61,043 nucleotides of DNA from Clostridiales bacterium UBA1740 (GTDB lineage: Bacteria; Bacillota; Clostridia; Oscillospirales; CAG-272), in the NCBI GenBank assembly GCA_002315715.1, contig DCHY01000033.1:1-61043 (forward strand), in the 5' to 3' direction. The number at the start of each line of letters is the position of its first letter. Within the stretch, counting starts at the first letter, position 1. The notes beneath the pieces are model-generated. The model searched no databases, was not told the origin of the DNA, and worked only from the letters and a program-made list of their open reading frames with translations. Of this stretch, positions 56,752 to 61,043 are shown one piece after another. Made by a program: the position numbers and the translations under genes.

Positions 56752-58317
56752 TTATACCATTTCTTCGTTTTGGGAGAGAATATCGGCTTTGAACTCTTCG
56801 TTGAGTTCGGGGTACGCCGAGAGCATCGGCTCGACGGTTTTTCCGCGCTTACGGTCAAAGTAGTTCTTGGTGATTTTGGCAACCGTACCGCTCATCGCAA
56901 TGAGGGCGATAAGGTTCGGGATGGACATAAGACCGTTGAAGGTGTCGTCAATATCCCAAACGAGGGTGGAACTGATGACGGCGGCGGCAACGATGAAGAT
57001 AACGTAAAGAACTTTGAAAACGAGCACGGCGATTTTCTTGGATTTTTCCGTCTTCACCCAGCGGAAGCAGAATTCGCACGCCTTCTCTCCGTAGTAAGAC
57101 CACGCCATGATGGTGGTGAAGGCAAAAAGCGGCAGGATGATGACGAAGCAAACGATACCGAAAGTACCGAAGTTCGTCGAGAACATCGACATGGCCCAGT
57201 CGGTGTCGTCCATCGCGCTCTTCATATCCGCGTTGGCGGAAATCTGCTCGGCAAAGGTGGTGAGGAACATCAAAGCGGTCAGCGTACAAATGACGAAGGT
57301 GTCAAAGAAGACTTCAAACACGCCCCAAAGGCCCTGTTTGACGGGCTCACGGGTTTCGGATGCGGAGTGCGCAATGACCGAGGAACCAAGACCGGCTTCG
57401 TTGGAAAAGACGCCGCGCGCCATACCTTTTTTGATGGTTTCGGCAAAGGCAAAACCAAGTACGCCGCCGGCGGCAGCCTGCGCGGTAAAGGCGTTTTTGA
57501 AAATCAAGGCGATGGCGGTCGGGACGGCAACGATGTTCTTGAAAATGACGATAAGGGCGAGAATCATGAAAAGAAGACTCATAAAGGGAATGAGTTTGGA
57601 AGCGACTTTACCGATTCTCTTGATACCGCCGATGATGATAACGGCGGTGATAAGGGCAACGATGACGCCGATTAGGAGTTTAACGAGCGTTTCTGCGGAA
57701 GAACCCTTGGTGACGTCAAACGCCGAACCGAGGGCGCCGGCGATGGTGCCGGAAATCTTGTTGGTCTGCACGCCGCTCATGCCGACGGCGGCAAAGAGAC
57801 AGACGATGGCAGCCATGTAGGCGAGAATCTTGGAGAGCACGCCCCATTTCTTCAAGCCGTTGTCGATGTAGTAGAAAGCACCGCCCGACAGGTCGCCGTT
57901 TTTGTCCTTTTTGCGGTAGTAAAGACCGAGGACGTTTTCGGAATAGTTGGTCACCATACCGAATAGAGCGGATATCCACATCCAAAGGACTGCGCCGGGA
58001 CCGCCCGTCAAAATAGCGGCGGTTACGCCGACGATGTTGCCGGTGCCGACGGTGCCCGAGATGGCGGTGGAAAAGGCCTCGAACTGCGAAATGGAGTTGA
58101 CCTTCGTATCGGCGTTTTTCTTTTTGCCGAGCGATTTCACCGCCGGGATGATCGTTGTGTTCATGGATTCACCGAAATGGGTGAACTGCAAGAACTTGGT
58201 GCGAATCGTCAAAAGAAGTCCCGTACCCAAAATCAGGATGATAACGGGCCAGCCCCAGACGATGCCGTTGAGTACGCCGTTGACCTTCGTCACGGCGTCA
58301 ATGAAGTTTTGCCACAT
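56752..58317 (-). CDS. alanine/glycine:cation symporter (AGCS family), paralog 2, glycine-riboswitch controlled
   Basis: 521 aa, with FEAFSTAISGTVGTGNIVGVTAAI and GPGAVLWMWISALFGM motifs. GGAGG SD. Confidence 0.9.
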   Translation of the reverse strand: MWQNFIDAVTKVNGVLNGIVWGWPVIILILGTGLLLTIRTKFLQFTHFGESMNTTIIPAVKSLGKKKNADTKVNSISQFEAFSTAISGTVGTGNIVGVTAAILTGGPGAVLWMWISALFGMVTNYSENVLGLYYRKKDKNGDLSGGAFYYIDNGLKKWGVLSKILAYMAAIVCLFAAVGMSGVQTNKISGTIAGALGSAFDVTKGSSAETLVKLLIGVIVALITAVIIIGGIKRIGKVASKLIPFMSLLFMILALIVIFKNIVAVPTAIALIFKNAFTAQAAAGGVLGFAFAETIKKGMARGVFSNEAGLGSSVIAHSASETREPVKQGLWGVFEVFFDTFVICTLTALMFLTTFAEQISANADMKSAMDDTDWAMSMFSTNFGTFGIVCFVIILPLFAFTTIMAWSYYGEKACEFCFRWVKTEKSKKIAVLVFKVLYVIFIVAAAVISSTLVWDIDDTFNGLMSIPNLIALIAMSGTVAKITKNYFDRKRGKTVEPMLSAYPELNEEFKADILSQNEEMV

Positions 58318-58364
58318 AAAAAAAGCCTCCGAAAAGTAATTTCAGCGGCTCCGAAGAATATGAA

Positions 58365-58407
58365 GAAAGAAATAGCAAAACAGTCGTATCCCCAAAAGGG
58401 AATACGA
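58365..58407 (-). terminator. intrinsic terminator of the riboswitch expression platform
   Basis: On the minus strand: UCGUAUUCCC-UUUU-GGGGAUACGA 10-bp hairpin followed by CUGUUUUGCUAUUUCUUUCUU. Confidence 0.6.
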
Positions 58408-58415
58408 GATATATG

Positions 58416-58587
58416 CTCCGTCCTTTTGCCTGAGAGATTGGAAAGCCTCGCGGCTCCCTTGCACCTTCGGCACTCACCTGCGTGAGCTTCTCCGGAGAAC
58501 GATCCGTTATCAGTCCTCGTCCTATCCTTGCGGTAGGACACCTGAGAGTTTTACTCCTTCGGTGCGGTCGCCCGGCTATCCTGATAA
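58416..58587 (-). promoter_or_regulatory. tandem glycine riboswitch (two aptamers)
   Basis: Minus-strand RNA. Aptamer 1: UUAUCAGGAUAGCC..GCACCGAAGGAGUAAAACUCUCAGGUGUCC..GGAUAGGACGAGGACUGAUAA. Aptamer 2: CUCCGGAGAAGCUCACGCAGGUGAGUGCCGAAGGUGCAAGGGAGCC..CUCUCAGGCAAAAGGACGGAG. Both show the conserved CCGAAGG.GCAA and CUCUCAGG..AAAAGGAC cores. Confidence 0.85.
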
Positions 58588-58608
58588 CTTCAACTCGCCA
58601 ATACAAGC

Positions 58609-58637
58609 ATTATAGCACCGTTTCTCACTATTTGCAA
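58609..58637 (-). promoter_or_regulatory. sigma-A type promoter driving the glycine riboswitch leader
   Basis: On the minus strand: TTGCAA (58637-32), 17-nt spacer, TATAAT (58614-09). Confidence 0.6.
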
Positions 58638-58834
58638 GGATAATTTGACATAAAGATACTTTCTTTTCTCTCTTTTTTTCTGTAAAGAATACACAAGAAA
58701 AGGATGAAAGAGGGTTTCGTCCTTTCGTATGAGTCACAATGGATTTGTTCCGGCATCTTATCGGCAAAAAATCAAGAAAACTTGCGAAACTTTTTTAAGT
58801 TTTTGCCGATAGATAGGGAGAAAAGGGCAGGGGC

Positions 58835-58868
58835 AAAAGAAAAAAGCACCCGTGCGGGTGCTTTTTTC
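58835..58868 (-). terminator. rho-independent terminator after the serpin gene
   Basis: AGCACCC-GTGC-GGGTGCT hairpin with a T-run on the minus strand. Confidence 0.75.
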
Positions 58869-58870
58869 GG

Positions 58871-60136
58871 TTAATCGAGAGTGGTGACAGCGCCAATGAA
58901 CAGCGGCAGATTCGTTTCGGTATCTACGATAGCGTAGACGAAGGGGCGGTCGAGAGTGACGTAGAGAATTTCGTCGGGACCGGCACAGGTCGCTTCCATT
59001 TTGCCCCAGGTGACGGCGGCGGCTTTTGTGCCGTTGCGGCTGACTTCGATAAAGGTCTTTTGGTCAACTTCGGAGCAGAAGATGTTGCCGTCTTTGACAC
59101 TGCCGAGTTTGGAAAAGTCGGCGTCAGATGCCGAGAACATATCGTTGATGCCCATCGCCTTGAGCGCGGCGTTGAGATTCATAGACGTTTCATAGGTGAA
59201 CTCCGGCATTTTCACGTATACAGTCGCCCGTTCTCCCCCGTCCAAAAGATCGAGAAAGGCTTGCCCGTCGAGGGACGCCATATAGTCGTAGACGTCGACG
59301 TTTTCGTCGGGCAACAGACCGACGAAGCGGTATTTGCCGCCTTTGTAATTCTTGGCAAAGCCCGACACACCCTCGGCGGAAAAATAGATGTGTTCCTCGG
59401 AGTACAGCATATCGACGGTCGTTTGCGTGCCGTCGTAATTGTGAAACGTATAGTCGTGAATATCGCTTTTTTCGTATTCCTTTGCCCACTTGGCATCAAA
59501 ACACAGGGCGTTGATTAAGTACATAACGGTACTTTCGCCGATGTCGTCGATGATTTTATCAATCATGCCGTCGGTCTCTTTTTTGCACCAGTTGTTGATA
59601 TCTTTGACGGTCGAACTGTCAAAGGGTGCCGCGTAAACCTCGGCGTCGTACCAATCGGCGTTCGTCTGTAAAAAGTCGGGATTGACCGTTAAATCGCCGT
59701 TCCCGTCGCGGAACCAAATCGAGTCGGCAATGTTCACTTTGCAGTCGTCGGCAGAATACAGAGAAGACGTGTAGGCATAAAGAGCGCGGTTCAAAGTGTC
59801 AAGGTCCATGCCGAAGGCGCTTTCCATTTGCGTTTTGGTGTCCCCGTCGGCACCGTTGGCAATCATCGCAAGACACAAAATCGCGGATAGCGGCGAACAA
59901 AGGTCGTTTTCTTCATCCTTCGTCAGCGTTTTTCCGAAGAGCGAGAGAGAAAAGTTCGCCATGGCAAGGCGGAAATCGTCGTCAAGTTCGCCGACGTCCG
60001 TCGCTTTTCTTTCGTATCCGTCCGACAGTTCGTCGGCACTGACGCGAAGCGTAAAAGGGGAGTCAAAAGGAAGCGTACAGGATGCGGCACAAAACAGCCA
60101 AGATACGATAAGCAAAAGGCAAATCCATTTTTTCAT
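58871..60136 (-). CDS. serpin-family serine protease inhibitor, lipoprotein
   Basis: MKKWICLLLIVSWLFCAASC signal/lipobox. Serpin body with a reactive-centre hinge NGTKAAAVT and a C-terminal ...LDRPFVYAIVD..T..PLFIG. The ATG at 60136 has an AAGGAG SD, inside track ORF 58871..60244. Confidence 0.85.
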   Translation of the reverse strand: MKKWICLLLIVSWLFCAASCTLPFDSPFTLRVSADELSDGYERKATDVGELDDDFRLAMANFSLSLFGKTLTKDEENDLCSPLSAILCLAMIANGADGDTKTQMESAFGMDLDTLNRALYAYTSSLYSADDCKVNIADSIWFRDGNGDLTVNPDFLQTNADWYDAEVYAAPFDSSTVKDINNWCKKETDGMIDKIIDDIGESTVMYLINALCFDAKWAKEYEKSDIHDYTFHNYDGTQTTVDMLYSEEHIYFSAEGVSGFAKNYKGGKYRFVGLLPDENVDVYDYMASLDGQAFLDLLDGGERATVYVKMPEFTYETSMNLNAALKAMGINDMFSASDADFSKLGSVKDGNIFCSEVDQKTFIEVSRNGTKAAAVTWGKMEATCAGPDEILYVTLDRPFVYAIVDTETNLPLFIGAVTTLD

Positions 60137-60422
60137 CTTTTTTCTCCTTTCGGTGTAAAACCCCACTACTTTCATCATACAACAAAAGAAGCAGAATGTC
60201 AAAGAAAAAAAGAAGAAAAAAGAACAATTCGGAAAGGCGCACAAAGACTTGCGTTTTCATTTGTGAACTATTGTAAATTGCAAGTGAATTTTTTGCGTTT
60301 TTTTGTTTTTTCGAACCGTCTGCGTGCTACAATATAGATGAGCAGAGCAGGACGTGTCGCTGCTTCTTCCCATCGCGGTGGCACCGACAGCGAAGCCAAA
60401 GCAATCGAAAGGAAGTACTATT

Positions 60423-60944
60423 ATGAAACTGACCATTAACGGACGACAAATGAACTTGAGAGAAAGCCTCAAAGAATTAGCTGCCGAGAAAATGGCACGC
60501 TACGACCGTTTTTTTGAAGATAATGCAGAGGCACAGGTGACCTTCTCCTGCCGCCACGATAAGGAATCTGTCGAAATCACCATCCATTCCGACGGCACGG
60601 TGTTCCGTGCCGAAGAAGAAGCCGATACCTTCAGAACCGCCATTGACGGTGCCATGGACAGTCTCGACAGACAAATCCGCAAAAATAAAACGAAACTCGA
60701 AAAACGCATGCACGAAGGCGCCTTCGCCAACATGGGATGGGCAGAAACCGCAGAGTCCGAGACCGCGCCGCGCATCATCCGCACCAAGACCTTTGCCCTA
60801 AAGCCCATGAGCCCGGAGGAAGCCGTATTGCAAATGGAACTTTCCGGTCATGATTTTTACGTATTTGAAGAAGAGACGGACGGCAAAACCGCCGTCGTTT
60901 ATAAGAGAAAAGACGGCAACTACGGTTTGATCTGTCAGGAATAA
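60423..60944 (+). CDS. hpf: ribosome hibernation promoting factor (long HPF)
   Basis: MKLTINGRQMNLRESLKELAAEKM..YDRFF ... C-terminal dimerisation domain KPMSPEEAVLQMELSGHDFYVFEEETDGKTAVVYKRKDGNYGLI. Confidence 0.9.
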   Translation: MKLTINGRQMNLRESLKELAAEKMARYDRFFEDNAEAQVTFSCRHDKESVEITIHSDGTVFRAEEEADTFRTAIDGAMDSLDRQIRKNKTKLEKRMHEGAFANMGWAETAESETAPRIIRTKTFALKPMSPEEAVLQMELSGHDFYVFEEETDGKTAVVYKRKDGNYGLICQE

Positions 60945-60947
60945 AAA

Positions 60948-60974
60948 GAAAAGCACCCGCGAGGGTGCTTTTCT
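60948..60974. terminator. bidirectional rho-independent terminator
   Basis: AAGCACCC-GCGA-GGGTGCTT hairpin between hpf and a convergent partial ORF. Confidence 0.7.
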
Positions 60975-61043
60975 TATGCCGCTTCGCGGATGATATGCTC
61001 GCTATGCGAGATGATATGCCGTTCTTTCGAACGGATGATATAC
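60974..61043 (-). CDS. 3' end of an unidentified minus-strand gene, truncated by the window edge
   Basis: My own translation of the minus strand is open to the window edge: ...YIIRSKERHIISHSEHIIREAA-stop (TAA at 60976-60974), abutting the terminator. Confidence 0.3.
   Translation of the reverse strand, partial: YIIRSKERHIISHSEHIIREAA

Noticed and set aside
58704-58874. 56-aa plus-strand ORF (MKEGFVLSYESQW...) between the riboswitch promoter and the serpin gene.
   Set aside because: The SD abuts the ATG. The frame reads straight through the serpin terminator hairpin and overlaps the serpin stop. The peptide is unremarkable.
1-61043. Search for CRISPR arrays, IS elements, integrases, prophage, toxin-antitoxin pairs or known defence genes.
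   Set aside because: No spaced direct-repeat arrays, terminal inverted repeats or recognisable transposase, recombinase, nuclease or ATPase defence signatures were seen on either strand.

Overview
This is a 61-kb chromosomal segment from a moderately GC-rich Firmicute, most likely class Clostridia. Evidence for that placement: a PolC-type replicase, a split transketolase, the conserved pyrH-frr-uppS-cdsA-dxr-rseP-ispG-polC block, GGAGG Shine-Dalgarno sites, and many near-consensus TTGACA-17-TATAAT promoters. The left half (1-32.7 kb) is mostly core housekeeping: rplM-rpsI, an amino-acid ABC transporter, transketolase, the isoprenoid/lipid/ribosome-recycling block, polC, pepT, and a one-carbon cluster fhs-ACT-UPF0210-glyA. 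The right half (32.8-61 kb) is more accessory: copA, an amino-sugar cluster (glmM, nagB), two alanine/glycine:cation symporters (one behind a tandem glycine riboswitch), a two-component system with a MacB-type ABC exporter, a GGDEF protein, a lipoprotein serpin and hpf. I found no rRNA, tRNA, CRISPR array, transposase, integrase or recognisable phage or defence genes. The best candidate for an uncharacterised system is a self-contained three-gene operon at 45.7-49.2 kb. It encodes a VTC/triphosphate-tunnel-like protein, a DUF4956-like membrane protein and a surface-tethered beta-helix lipoprotein. Secondary points of interest: a fused double RadC with a degenerate first JAMM motif; a methyltransferase-fold gene translationally coupled to copA; a low-GC ORFan with its own strong promoter; an unlisted 42-aa membrane peptide gene; and a UPF0237/UPF0210 pair embedded between fhs and glyA. 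All family assignments rest on motif and sequence recognition by eye, since no searches could be run.
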